Positions 10,438-19,104 of a stretch of DNA of 64,000 nt are shown one piece after another. Position 1 is the stretch's first letter; each line of letters begins with the position of its first letter. The DNA comes from Candidatus Latescibacterota bacterium (GTDB taxonomy: Bacteria; Latescibacterota; UBA2968; UBA8231). A program made the position numbers and the translations under genes. The stretch covers positions 3,520,001-3,584,000 of the forward strand of contig OZ241889.1 of the NCBI GenBank assembly GCA_965203355.1. Reading direction: 5' to 3'. The notes below the pieces were generated by a model. That model saw nothing but the letters and a program-made list of their open reading frames with translations. It was not told the origin of the DNA and did not search any database.

Positions 10438-11493
10438 TTATTTTTGCGCGGCGGCGGTGGCCGAAAACACTTCGTTTAGATCGCCGCTTTCCAACACCGG
10501 CGACTCCGCGTGCAGAAAACAAGCCACCGCCCGCTCGGCCTCCGGTCGGTAAAACGGCGGCGCAACCGCACACTGCGCCATGGCTTGAGGACAGCGCCGC
10601 ACATAGCGGCAGCCAGTAGCCATCTCTTCGGCTTCCATATCCTCTATATCGACTACTTCCTTTTCTTCGACCGCTTCGTCGATCCACGCACGCCCCGGCT
10701 CGGGCACGGGAATCGAGTGAATCAACTCGCGCGTATAGGGATGCTGTGGATTCTTGATCACGTTCTCGGTGCGGCCGGCCTCGGCCACGGCCCCGTGAAA
10801 CAGGATGACGATGTTCTCGCTGACTTGATAGGCGGTCGTCAGATCGTGCGTGATGTAGATAAAGGAAATGCCAAAGTTGCTATACAGCGCGTGCAGGGTG
10901 GCGAGAATGGTGGCGCGGAGCGAAGCATCGACCATGGACACCGGCTCGTCGGCGATGATCAGCTTGGGCTCGAGCAAGAGCGCACGCGCAATGGTGATGC
11001 GCTGCCGCTGCCCGCCCGAAAGCTGGTGCGGGTAGCGGCCCAACGTCTCTTCGGGCCGCAGCCCCACCGCCCGCAGTGCCTCGCGTATCTTGTCGTACGC
11101 CTCGGCCTTGGACGCCGCCAATCCAAACTTCCGCACCGGCGTCGTCAAGATGTGATCGATCTTGTAAAAGGGATTGTACACCTCAAAGGGATCTTGAAAG
11201 ATCGCCTGTACGTCCTTGCGGAATTGCCGCTGCTTCGCCTTTTGCAGGTCGTGGACATCGCGGCCTTGGTAGCGCACCTCGCCCGCACTGGGGACGAGCA
11301 CCCCGAGCAACATGCGGGCGATGGTGGTCTTGCCGCTGCCGGACTCGCCGGCAATCGTGGTAAAGGAGGGCCGATCCGCGTCAATCGACAGGGAAAAATC
11401 GTCGACCGCTACCGTCTCGGTACTAGGACCGAAGCGCTGGCCGCCGCCGCGGAAAACCTTGCGCAAATGGCGCGCCTCAAGAAGCGGGGGCAT
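10438..11493 (-). CDS. Oligopeptide/dipeptide ABC transporter ATP-binding protein (OppF/DppF-like)
   Basis: GESGSGKT, YPHQLSGGQRQR, IIADEP, NPQHPYT, C-terminal Cys motif. Confidence 0.93.
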   Translation of the reverse strand: MPPLLEARHLRKVFRGGGQRFGPSTETVAVDDFSLSIDADRPSFTTIAGESGSGKTTIARMLLGVLVPSAGEVRYQGRDVHDLQKAKQRQFRKDVQAIFQDPFEVYNPFYKIDHILTTPVRKFGLAASKAEAYDKIREALRAVGLRPEETLGRYPHQLSGGQRQRITIARALLLEPKLIIADEPVSMVDASLRATILATLHALYSNFGISFIYITHDLTTAYQVSENIVILFHGAVAEAGRTENVIKNPQHPYTRELIHSIPVPEPGRAWIDEAVEEKEVVDIEDMEAEEMATGCRYVRRCPQAMAQCAVAPPFYRPEAERAVACFLHAESPVLESGDLNEVFSATAAAQK

Positions 11494-12481
11494 CGGCGTC
11501 CTCCTCGTGCAACAAACACGACGCTAAGTGGTCCGGGGCGACTGTTTTCAAGGTCGGGGTGCGCTGGCTGCACTGGGGCATGGCTTGGGGACAACGCGGG
11601 TGGAAGAGGCAACCCGATGGCGGGTCCAACAGCGACAGCGCGACCCCGGGAATGCCCTTGAACTCGCCCTTGGTCTCAAACGAGGGAATGCTAGCAATCA
11701 AAAGCTGCGTGTAGGGATGTTGCGGGTTGTGAAAAATATCCTCGACCCGGCCCACCTCGACCAGTTTGCCGCCGTACATGATGCCCACGCGCTCGGCAAA
11801 CTGCGCCATCAGGCCCATGTCGTGGCCCACCAAGAGCACGGTGGCGTTGAGCTGGTGCTGTAGCTGGCGCAAGGTCTGCATGATTTGCCGCTGCACCACC
11901 ACATCGAGGGCCGAGGTTGGCTCGTCGGCCAAGATGAGCTGCGGATTGAGCGAGATGGCCTGGGCAATGCAGGCCCGCTGTTTCATGCCGCCGCTCAATT
12001 CATGGGGGTAAAGACGGGCCACTTCTCGCTTCAGCCCGACCTTGTCCAACAGTTCGATCGCACGCTCCATTTGCGCGGCCTTCGGCGGGGGCTGGTCCGC
12101 GGCGTGCTCGCGCATCGTCAGCACGAGTTGTTCGCCGATCCGCATCACCGGATTGAGCGAGTTCATCGCGCCCTGCGGCACCATCGCTACCCGCTTGAGG
12201 CGGGCTTGCCGCACTTGCTCGCGGTTGAGCTGGATCAGGTCGGTACCGTCGTCTAAGGTCGCGCTGCCACCGGCGATGAGGCCCGGGGTCTTAATCATCC
12301 GCAACAGCGCCAAAATCAACGTGGTCTTGCCGCTGCCGGACTCGCCGACCAGGCCAAAACGCTCGCCTTTGTACAGGGTCAGATCGACCTTGTTGACAGC
12401 GCGGGCCATGCCGCGCCGGGTCTCAAAGTGGACCTCCAACGCGCGGATGTCGAGCAGCACCTCTTTGGCGGCCTTGCTCAT
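11477..12481 (-). CDS. Oligopeptide/dipeptide ABC transporter ATP-binding protein (OppD/DppD-like)
   Basis: GESGSGKT, YPHELSGGMKQR, LADEPTSALD, GCLFHPRC; ATG at 12481 overlaps the permease stop. Confidence 0.93.
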   Translation of the reverse strand: MSKAAKEVLLDIRALEVHFETRRGMARAVNKVDLTLYKGERFGLVGESGSGKTTLILALLRMIKTPGLIAGGSATLDDGTDLIQLNREQVRQARLKRVAMVPQGAMNSLNPVMRIGEQLVLTMREHAADQPPPKAAQMERAIELLDKVGLKREVARLYPHELSGGMKQRACIAQAISLNPQLILADEPTSALDVVVQRQIMQTLRQLQHQLNATVLLVGHDMGLMAQFAERVGIMYGGKLVEVGRVEDIFHNPQHPYTQLLIASIPSFETKGEFKGIPGVALSLLDPPSGCLFHPRCPQAMPQCSQRTPTLKTVAPDHLASCLLHEEDADAPAS

Positions 12482-13335
12482 ACGGCCTTGCGCTGTTTGG
12501 GGTTGGCCAATTCGTCTAAGCCCGCCGCCGTCATCAACAAGCCGACGAAGATCACGCCGATAAAAAAGATGGGAATCGCCCACCACCACCACATGCCGCG
12601 AATGAGCGCACTAAACGTAATGGCCCAGTAAATGGTCATGCCGACCGTTGGATCGTTCTGCGGCCCCAACCCGAGTGCCTCTAGACCAATCGACGAGAGA
12701 ATGGCCCAATTGACGGCATTGGTGAAATTGGCCGCGAGATAGGGCAGCAGATTGGGGAAAAGCTCCTTCCAGATGATCTCGGCATTGCTCATGCCATTGA
12801 GCTTGGCCATCTGCACGTACGCCCGCTCGCGCATGGTCAAAATCTGCGCGCGAATCGTCCGCGTGGGCCACATCCACGCCAGCGAAGCCACCACCAAGGC
12901 CATGATGTTGACGCTAATTTCCTCGCGGATCGTCGAGGCAATGGACACCAGCACCACCAGGCCCGGCACGGTGAGCAGCGTATCCACGAGGCCGCGGATG
13001 ACGGTGTCGATTTTGCCGCCCATATAGCCGCTCGTAAAGCCGAGGAAAATGCCCAGCCCCATCCCTACCGTACCGGCCAACAGACCAATCCGCATGGTCA
13101 GCGGCACCCCCACCACCATCACGGCGAAGAGATCGCGGCCGGAGTCGTCGGTGCCAAAAGGGTGTTCCAGCGAGGGGGCTTGTCGCGGTGGCGTGGCCAG
13201 CGGCTGGGCCAGCGAGGTATCGACGAAGATCGACCCCAAAACCCCAAAGAGCACCACCAACAGGATCATGCACAGGCCGGCCGCCAGCATGGGGCTTTCG
13301 CGCAAGTAGTAGAGCATTTGGTCTAAGCGTTGCAT
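12478..13335 (-). CDS. Peptide ABC transporter permease (OppC/DppC-like)
   Basis: HPFGTDDSGRD, EAA-like loop YVQMAKLNG, multiple TM segments. Confidence 0.92.
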   Translation of the reverse strand: MQRLDQMLYYLRESPMLAAGLCMILLVVLFGVLGSIFVDTSLAQPLATPPRQAPSLEHPFGTDDSGRDLFAVMVVGVPLTMRIGLLAGTVGMGLGIFLGFTSGYMGGKIDTVIRGLVDTLLTVPGLVVLVSIASTIREEISVNIMALVVASLAWMWPTRTIRAQILTMRERAYVQMAKLNGMSNAEIIWKELFPNLLPYLAANFTNAVNWAILSSIGLEALGLGPQNDPTVGMTIYWAITFSALIRGMWWWWAIPIFFIGVIFVGLLMTAAGLDELANPKQRKAV

Positions 13336-13337
13336 CG

Positions 13338-14348
13338 CTAGTGGTGGCGGCTATGGGAAATCCGCGGGTCGAGCAGCGGATAGAAGAAATCCATCAGCAT
13401 GGTTACCAAGCCAATGGACAGGATGAGGATCAGCACCACGCCGTTGATAACCGTATAATCCGAGGCTTGGATGGCCTGAAAGAGCACGGTGCCAATCCCC
13501 GGATAGGCGAAAATCACCTCGACGATAACCTGACCGGCGACCACGTTGGCCAGCGACAGCCCCAGCGCCGTGAGCTGCGGCAGCAGGGCGTTGCGCAGGC
13601 CAAAGCGAAAAAAGATCGTGCGGTTGCGCAGGCCATTGGCCTCGGCCAGCGTGATGTAATCCTCGCCCGAGGTCGTGACCATCATCCCCCGCATCCCCAG
13701 TGCCCAAAACCCGACCTGCTGCAGGACTATGGCCAGCGCCGGCAAAATCGAATGGTGCAACACGTCGAAGACAAAAGCGGGACTCAAGATCGCCAACATG
13801 CCGGGCGAGTACCCCCCGGACAGCGGAAAGAGCCCCATCTTGAGGCCCAATATGTACAGCACAATCAGCCCCAGCAAATAGGGCGGGATCGCCGACAAGG
13901 TCATCATTGGCACCGCCAAGTTGCGCGTAAAGCGCGGTGCCGAAGGCCAAGCCGACAGCGCCCCCATGAGCGTTCCCAAGGCAAACCCGAGCAGCACGGA
14001 AACGATCATCAGCCCAATGGTCCACGGGATGGCATTGCCGATGATCTGTCCGACGCGGGCCGGATAGTTGGCCAGCGAATAGCCCAAGTCGAGCGTAAAG
14101 GTGTCGCTGAGGAAGTTGAAGTATTGGACGTGGAGCGGTTTGTCGAGGCCGAACTTGGCCTGATAGGCCTTGACCATGGCCTCAATGCCGTCTTGGCGCA
14201 ACCCCCCACTAGCGGCTAGCTGGCCGAGCTTCTCGCGGATGGGATCGCGGCCCGTACCGAGCCGCGGCACAAAGAAGTTCACGCTCGCTGCCGCCCATAC
14301 CACGATTAGGAAAAGGGCGACCCTTTTGACGACAAAATTCCAAGACAT
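13338..14348 (-). CDS. Peptide ABC transporter permease (OppB/DppB-like)
   Basis: FGLDKPLHVQY, DLGYS, EDYITLAEANGL, VEVIFAYPGIG. Confidence 0.92.
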   Translation of the reverse strand: MSWNFVVKRVALFLIVVWAAASVNFFVPRLGTGRDPIREKLGQLAASGGLRQDGIEAMVKAYQAKFGLDKPLHVQYFNFLSDTFTLDLGYSLANYPARVGQIIGNAIPWTIGLMIVSVLLGFALGTLMGALSAWPSAPRFTRNLAVPMMTLSAIPPYLLGLIVLYILGLKMGLFPLSGGYSPGMLAILSPAFVFDVLHHSILPALAIVLQQVGFWALGMRGMMVTTSGEDYITLAEANGLRNRTIFFRFGLRNALLPQLTALGLSLANVVAGQVIVEVIFAYPGIGTVLFQAIQASDYTVINGVVLILILSIGLVTMLMDFFYPLLDPRISHSRHH

Positions 14349-14405
14349 GAGTATATGCAGGTGAATTTGGCGAAACGCTAAAGCTAGGAAATAAAAATCG
14401 CCGCG

Positions 14406-16019
14406 TCAATCGCCCTCGCCCTTCACCACCACCACCGCATCCACCGGCACATCCTCCAGCCGCGCCACCGCGCCATCGGGCCACACGACCTCCACGCGCT
14501 CCACGCGCTCGGCCCGGCCCAAGCCAAAGTAGAGACGTGCATCACTGTGGCCCAAATAGCTCGCCGCGCCGCCGACCGACCGCACCTGCGTCCGCCCACC
14601 GGCCGTTAGTCGCACCCAAGTGCCGACGACCTCCGGGTCGATTTGCACCGCGAGATAGTGGCCGGTGCGCGTCTCATTGCGCAGGAGCGTTGGGCTGTCG
14701 TCGATGTTGGTCGCAAACAGATCGACATCGCCGTCTTGGTCGTAGTCGCCGCTGATGACCGCCCGGCTCGATTTTTGCACCAGCAACCCCGGACCCGCTC
14801 CTTCCACCGCCGCGAACGCGCCCCCGCCCGCGTTGGCAAAAAGCTGGTTGCGCTGGGCGTATGTGCCTCCGGTGCTGGCGCGATCGACTTGGGGATAGAC
14901 GTGGCCGTTGGCGACGAATAGATCGAGGTCGCCGTCGAAGTCAAAATCGAAAAAGCGCGTACCCCACCCGAGATAGCTCACGGTCGGAGCGGCCAAGCCG
15001 CGCTCAGTCGTACCATCAATAAAGGTCCCACGGCCCGAGTTCAAATAGAGCGTATTGGTTTCGCCGTAGAAGTTGGTCACGTAGAGGTCGAGGTCGCCAT
15101 CGCCGTCGCAATCGCCCACATCCACCCCCATGCTCGCCTCGAGTTCGCCGTCGCCGTTGTACGCCACGCCGGCCGCCAAACCAATGTCGGCCAAGCGACC
15201 CCCCTCGTTGCGGAACAGCACATTGGGCGTCTCGTCGTTGGCCACGAACAAGTCGAGGTCGCCGTCGCCATCGTAGTCCGCGGGCATCACGCCCAAGCCG
15301 TAATAGGCGTTAGCCGCGGCCACGCCGGACGCGGCCGTGGCATCGGCAAAGGTGCCGCCGTCGTTGCGGTAGAGCCGGTCGCGCCCCCCTTCCATGCCCT
15401 GGGGGCCGCAAAAGACCCGCAGCCCACCCAAATAGACGCAGGGATCCGCCAACTCCGGGTCTTGCAGCATGGGTTCCATGTCGAAGACTACGTAGTTGGC
15501 CACGTACAGGTCGAGGTCGCCATCGCCATCGTAGTCGAAAAACGCCGCACTCGCGCTGAAGTCGTCTCCAGCAACCCCCGTTTGCGCGGTTACGGCGGCA
15601 AAGGTGCCATCCCCGCGATTGCGATAGAGCGCGTTGGCTCCGTAGTTGGTCGCGTACAGATCGCGCTGCCCGTCGCCATCGTAATCCCCCACCGCCACGC
15701 CCAGACCCCAACCGCGATCCTCAACGCCCGCCGTAACCATCGCAAAAACGCCGCTGTCGTTGCGGTAGAGCACATTGCCCGGCCCGGCCCCATAGCTGGC
15801 ATACGTCGAGCCATTCACCACATAGAGATCGAGATCGCCGTCGCCATCGTAGTCGAAAAACGCCGCGCCGCTGCCGGTGGATTCGAGGATGAAGCGCTTG
15901 TGCGGACCGCCGTTTACGGTCGGCTGCGCTAAACCAGCTTCCCGCGTCGCATCCGCAAAGAAGGGATCGGCCTCAGCGCGGCCGCCGACGAGCAAGAGGG
16001 CAAAAATTAGCGCGGGCAT
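14406..16019 (-). CDS. CRTAC1 / ASPIC-UnbV family protein with FG-GAP-like repeats
   Basis: Signal peptide, repeated DYDGDGDLDLYV.N and LYRN.G..F.D.T units, C-terminal SYLGHSD.RLYFGLG...V.WPDG. Confidence 0.9.
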   Translation of the reverse strand: MPALIFALLLVGGRAEADPFFADATREAGLAQPTVNGGPHKRFILESTGSGAAFFDYDGDGDLDLYVVNGSTYASYGAGPGNVLYRNDSGVFAMVTAGVEDRGWGLGVAVGDYDGDGQRDLYATNYGANALYRNRGDGTFAAVTAQTGVAGDDFSASAAFFDYDGDGDLDLYVANYVVFDMEPMLQDPELADPCVYLGGLRVFCGPQGMEGGRDRLYRNDGGTFADATAASGVAAANAYYGLGVMPADYDGDGDLDLFVANDETPNVLFRNEGGRLADIGLAAGVAYNGDGELEASMGVDVGDCDGDGDLDLYVTNFYGETNTLYLNSGRGTFIDGTTERGLAAPTVSYLGWGTRFFDFDFDGDLDLFVANGHVYPQVDRASTGGTYAQRNQLFANAGGGAFAAVEGAGPGLLVQKSSRAVISGDYDQDGDVDLFATNIDDSPTLLRNETRTGHYLAVQIDPEVVGTWVRLTAGGRTQVRSVGGAASYLGHSDARLYFGLGRAERVERVEVVWPDGAVARLEDVPVDAVVVVKGEGD

Positions 16020-16727
16020 TTAGCGGGCGCAGCGAAAGCCTATGGTGTTGCCCTTTATATAGGAATGGGAGTCCTTGGTATTGGCCCGCTTGTCGCACTG
16101 GGTTAAGGTCGGGCCGTTGACCCACGACCCCCCGCGCAGGAACTGCATTTTCTCGCCTCCTTGCGTCCACTCCCACACATTGCCGCCCATATCCAAGAGT
16201 CCGAAAGGGCTAGCACCACGCGGAAAGGACCCCACCGGCGCGGTGCGGCCGTAGCCGTCTTGGTCGCCGAAGACATTGGCGCGGCCCTCGGCAAACTCCG
16301 CCCCCCACGGGTACTTTCGCTTTTCAGCGCCCGCGCAAGCGAACTGCCATTCCTCCTGCGTGGGCAGGCGCTTGCCCGCCCACTGGCAATAGGCCGCCGC
16401 CCCATACCACGACACCTCGATGACCGGATGCCGCGCAAACCCTTCTTTGACCTTGTACGCGCCCGCCTCTTCCGCTAGCGCCGTATATCGGCTTCCCAGT
16501 TCCACCCAGTACGCGCCCTCCACCTTGGCATTGCCTTTCGCCGTCAGAAACGCGGCGTACTCCTCGTTGGTCACCTCGTACTTATCGAGGTAAAATCCAC
16601 GATGCGGCCCTGCTATCTTCACCATTTCCCCGCCCTTGAGGGAGTCGGCCGCGGCCGGCCCTTCCTCGGCTAAAGCGGCGGCCGCAACCGCAACGCACAG
16701 CGCGATTCCGCAAAACACCGGCATCAT
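16020..16727 (-). CDS. Secreted FGE-sulfatase (SUMF1/EgtB/PvdO-fold) domain protein
   Basis: YEVTNEEY, HPVIEVSW, KRLPTQEEW, DMGGNVWEW, RGGSW, GFRC; ATG at 16727 overlaps the HAD stop. Confidence 0.88.
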   Translation of the reverse strand: MMPVFCGIALCVAVAAAALAEEGPAAADSLKGGEMVKIAGPHRGFYLDKYEVTNEEYAAFLTAKGNAKVEGAYWVELGSRYTALAEEAGAYKVKEGFARHPVIEVSWYGAAAYCQWAGKRLPTQEEWQFACAGAEKRKYPWGAEFAEGRANVFGDQDGYGRTAPVGSFPRGASPFGLLDMGGNVWEWTQGGEKMQFLRGGSWVNGPTLTQCDKRANTKDSHSYIKGNTIGFRCAR

Positions 16728-17575
16728 AGCGCGTATTCCCGCACCATCTTGGCAAATCCATCTTCGGCAAAACTCGGGCCAATCCGCACCCCATCCCCAG
16801 CTACGGCGGCCTGGACCTCGGCCTTTGCATTCCCCAGCAACACCCCGATTCCCGCCGCGCGCAACATGGGCAAGTCGTTGTTCGAATCGCCTATCGCCAA
16901 GGCGCGCTCGGCGCACCCACCGACCCGCTCGGTCAGCGTCCGCAGGGCCACGCCCTTATGTACGCCCCGACGCATAAATTCCACCATGTTAGGATGCGCC
17001 CAAGCCACGTAGATCCGATCGCCGCACAGCATCTCGATATCGGCGATGTGCCGTTCTCGCCGCTCCGGTTCTACTTCCAGCATGACCTTGGGCGGTGCCC
17101 CCAGTTCACCGCTCTGGCAGCGCGCATACAAATCGCCGTCGAGCACCATGCCCGGCTCGTCAAACGCTTCGAGGTAATCCATGGGCCGGACGAACCGGTA
17201 CTCCTCGGCGACCCCAGCCGCCGTGTGTTCAAACAGACAATAGATCAGGTTCAGTCCCTCGGCGCGGCCATATTCAACTATCTGGGCAAACGACGCCTCG
17301 TCCAACCGCTCCTCGCGCAGCACTTCGCGCTCGGTCCCCTCACCTGGGCCGAGAACCACCGAGCCATTGTAACCGCCGATGTAGAGGGCCCGCGCCAATG
17401 CTGGATAGGCTGTAAAAGGGTATTGCCCACGGCGGATGCTGCGCCCGCTAATGCTGGCGGTCGGGATGCCGTGCTCGATCAAATCCTCGATCGCCACCAC
17501 AGCCGAAGCCGCCAGCCGCCCTGTTGAGTCGAGCACGGTGCCGTCGAGGTCAAAAGCCACTAAGTCGATCATCAT
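16724..17575 (-). CDS. Cof-type HAD superfamily hydrolase
   Basis: DLDGT motif I, SGR, HKG, GDSNND motif IV; AAGGAG RBS. Confidence 0.9.
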   Translation of the reverse strand: MMIDLVAFDLDGTVLDSTGRLAASAVVAIEDLIEHGIPTASISGRSIRRGQYPFTAYPALARALYIGGYNGSVVLGPGEGTEREVLREERLDEASFAQIVEYGRAEGLNLIYCLFEHTAAGVAEEYRFVRPMDYLEAFDEPGMVLDGDLYARCQSGELGAPPKVMLEVEPERRERHIADIEMLCGDRIYVAWAHPNMVEFMRRGVHKGVALRTLTERVGGCAERALAIGDSNNDLPMLRAAGIGVLLGNAKAEVQAAVAGDGVRIGPSFAEDGFAKMVREYAL

Positions 17576-17593
17576 TTCTCCTTTTGTGAAGCG

Positions 17594-17741
17594 GTGGTCA
17601 GTGGTCAGTGGTCAGTGGTCAGTGGTCAGTGGTCAGTTGCCAGTGGTCAGTGGTCAGTGGTCAGTGGTCAGTTGCCAGTCCCCCGATCGCTTCTGGGGTG
17701 GGCTGGGACTGGTCACTGGTCACAGGTCACTGGCAACTGAC
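17594..17741. repeat. Heptamer tandem repeat (GTGGTCA/GTTGCCA x12) plus an inverted short array
   Basis: 17594-17677 is 6x GTGGTCA, GTTGCCA, 4x GTGGTCA, GTTGCCA. 17708-17741 is ACTGGTC ACTGGTC ACAGGTC ACTGGCA ACTGAC, partly the reverse complement of the first array. Confidence 0.95.
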
Positions 17742-19104
17742 GCAAACGCGCCTGTGCGTGGGACAGCCGCTGCGCCTCGCGCGCGTCGTCTGCTGCCAAA
17801 GAGGCGTACGCATGCCACTCAGCCCGCGCTTGGTCCGGGTCTAATCGCTCGTAGGTCGAGGCGAGGTGGAAGCGCCACAGCGCCCGCTCGGGTTCGAGGC
17901 GCACGGCCTCTTCGCCAGCCTGCACGGCCGCCCCGAGCAAGCCCAACTGCCGATAGACATCGCCCAAGGACGCAAAAAGTTCGGCGTGGTGCGGATGCGC
18001 GGCCGCGGCTTCTTTGAACACCTGTACGGCCGCGCGCAGCCGCCGCTGATGCACGTACAGCCCACCCAACTTCAAAGCCGCGTCCCCTTCCGCTCCGCCC
18101 AACTCGATCGCCGCTTTGAACGCCGCTTCGGCCGCGTCGAGCACCCCCATGCGGCTGTGTACGATGCCGATACTTACTTGGGCGGCGGCATGGCCGGGCT
18201 GTCGGTTAGCAAACGCGGTAAACGCAGCCAGCGCCGAGTCCAGCCGCCCCTCGGCGCTGTGGATCAAACCAAGATAGCGATAAACCGGGTACAGCTCGGG
18301 GTCGGCGGCCCGGGCCTGTTCAAACTGCGCCAAGGCCCCGGCCCCATCCGCTTCTGCCCAGAGCAGGCGCCCCAACTCGCAGTGCAAGAGGGCTTCTTGG
18401 CCGCTCCCGTCGCGTACGGCCAAGCCCTCGACGAGCGCAGCGCGGGCCAATTCCCGTTGGCCGGCCTCTCGGTAGAGCGCGGCGAGGTCGGCCCGGATCC
18501 CAGCATCTTGGGGCACGGCATCAAGCGCCTGCTGCATCAGCGAGCGCGCCTGTTCGGTCTGCCCCAACCGCGCCTCTACCCTTGCTAGCTGGTAGCGCAC
18601 CTCGGCCTGCTCGGGCGCAAACCGCAAGGAAGCGCGATAGGCCGCCTGCGCTGCGTGGAGATTTTCTCGTAAGTGGCCGAGCGCCTGATAGGCATGGCCC
18701 AGCCGCGCGTAGATCAGCGCCGACTGCGCGCCCCGGCGCACGGCATCCTGATAGGCGCGCAGTGCCCCGCTATAACGCCCTTGGGCGGCGAGGCTAAGCC
18801 CCAGTTCGGCATAGACTCGCCCGTCGTCGGGGCGTGCCTCCACTAGGCGGCGGTAGAGCGCGGTCGCGTCTTCGTACGCACCGCGCGCCACGTAGAGCGC
18901 GGCCAAGATAGCAGTCGCCTCGTGCAAATCGGGGTCGAGGGTACGCGCCCGGGCGGCGAGGCGTTCAGCCTGAGCCTGTTCGGCCTGACTCAAGTTCCGC
19001 AGGGGCCGGTCGCCGATCAGCCCCTGCACTTGGCGGTACGCGGTCGGCGCATCCGGCGCGGCGCACCCAGCCAACAACAGCGCGATCGCGGTCAGCCCCT
19101 TCAC
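17713..19104 (-). CDS. Tetratricopeptide-repeat lipoprotein
   Basis: LLAGC lipobox; many TPR-like Ala/Leu/Gly/Tyr repeats. Confidence 0.85.
   Translation of the reverse strand: MKGLTAIALLLAGCAAPDAPTAYRQVQGLIGDRPLRNLSQAEQAQAERLAARARTLDPDLHEATAILAALYVARGAYEDATALYRRLVEARPDDGRVYAELGLSLAAQGRYSGALRAYQDAVRRGAQSALIYARLGHAYQALGHLRENLHAAQAAYRASLRFAPEQAEVRYQLARVEARLGQTEQARSLMQQALDAVPQDAGIRADLAALYREAGQRELARAALVEGLAVRDGSGQEALLHCELGRLLWAEADGAGALAQFEQARAADPELYPVYRYLGLIHSAEGRLDSALAAFTAFANRQPGHAAAQVSIGIVHSRMGVLDAAEAAFKAAIELGGAEGDAALKLGGLYVHQRRLRAAVQVFKEAAAAHPHHAELFASLGDVYRQLGLLGAAVQAGEEAVRLEPERALWRFHLASTYERLDPDQARAEWHAYASLAADDAREAQRLSHAQARLRQLPVTCDQ

Noticed and set aside
17594-17741. CRISPR array
   Set aside because: The units are contiguous 7-mers with no spacers, and no cas genes are present.
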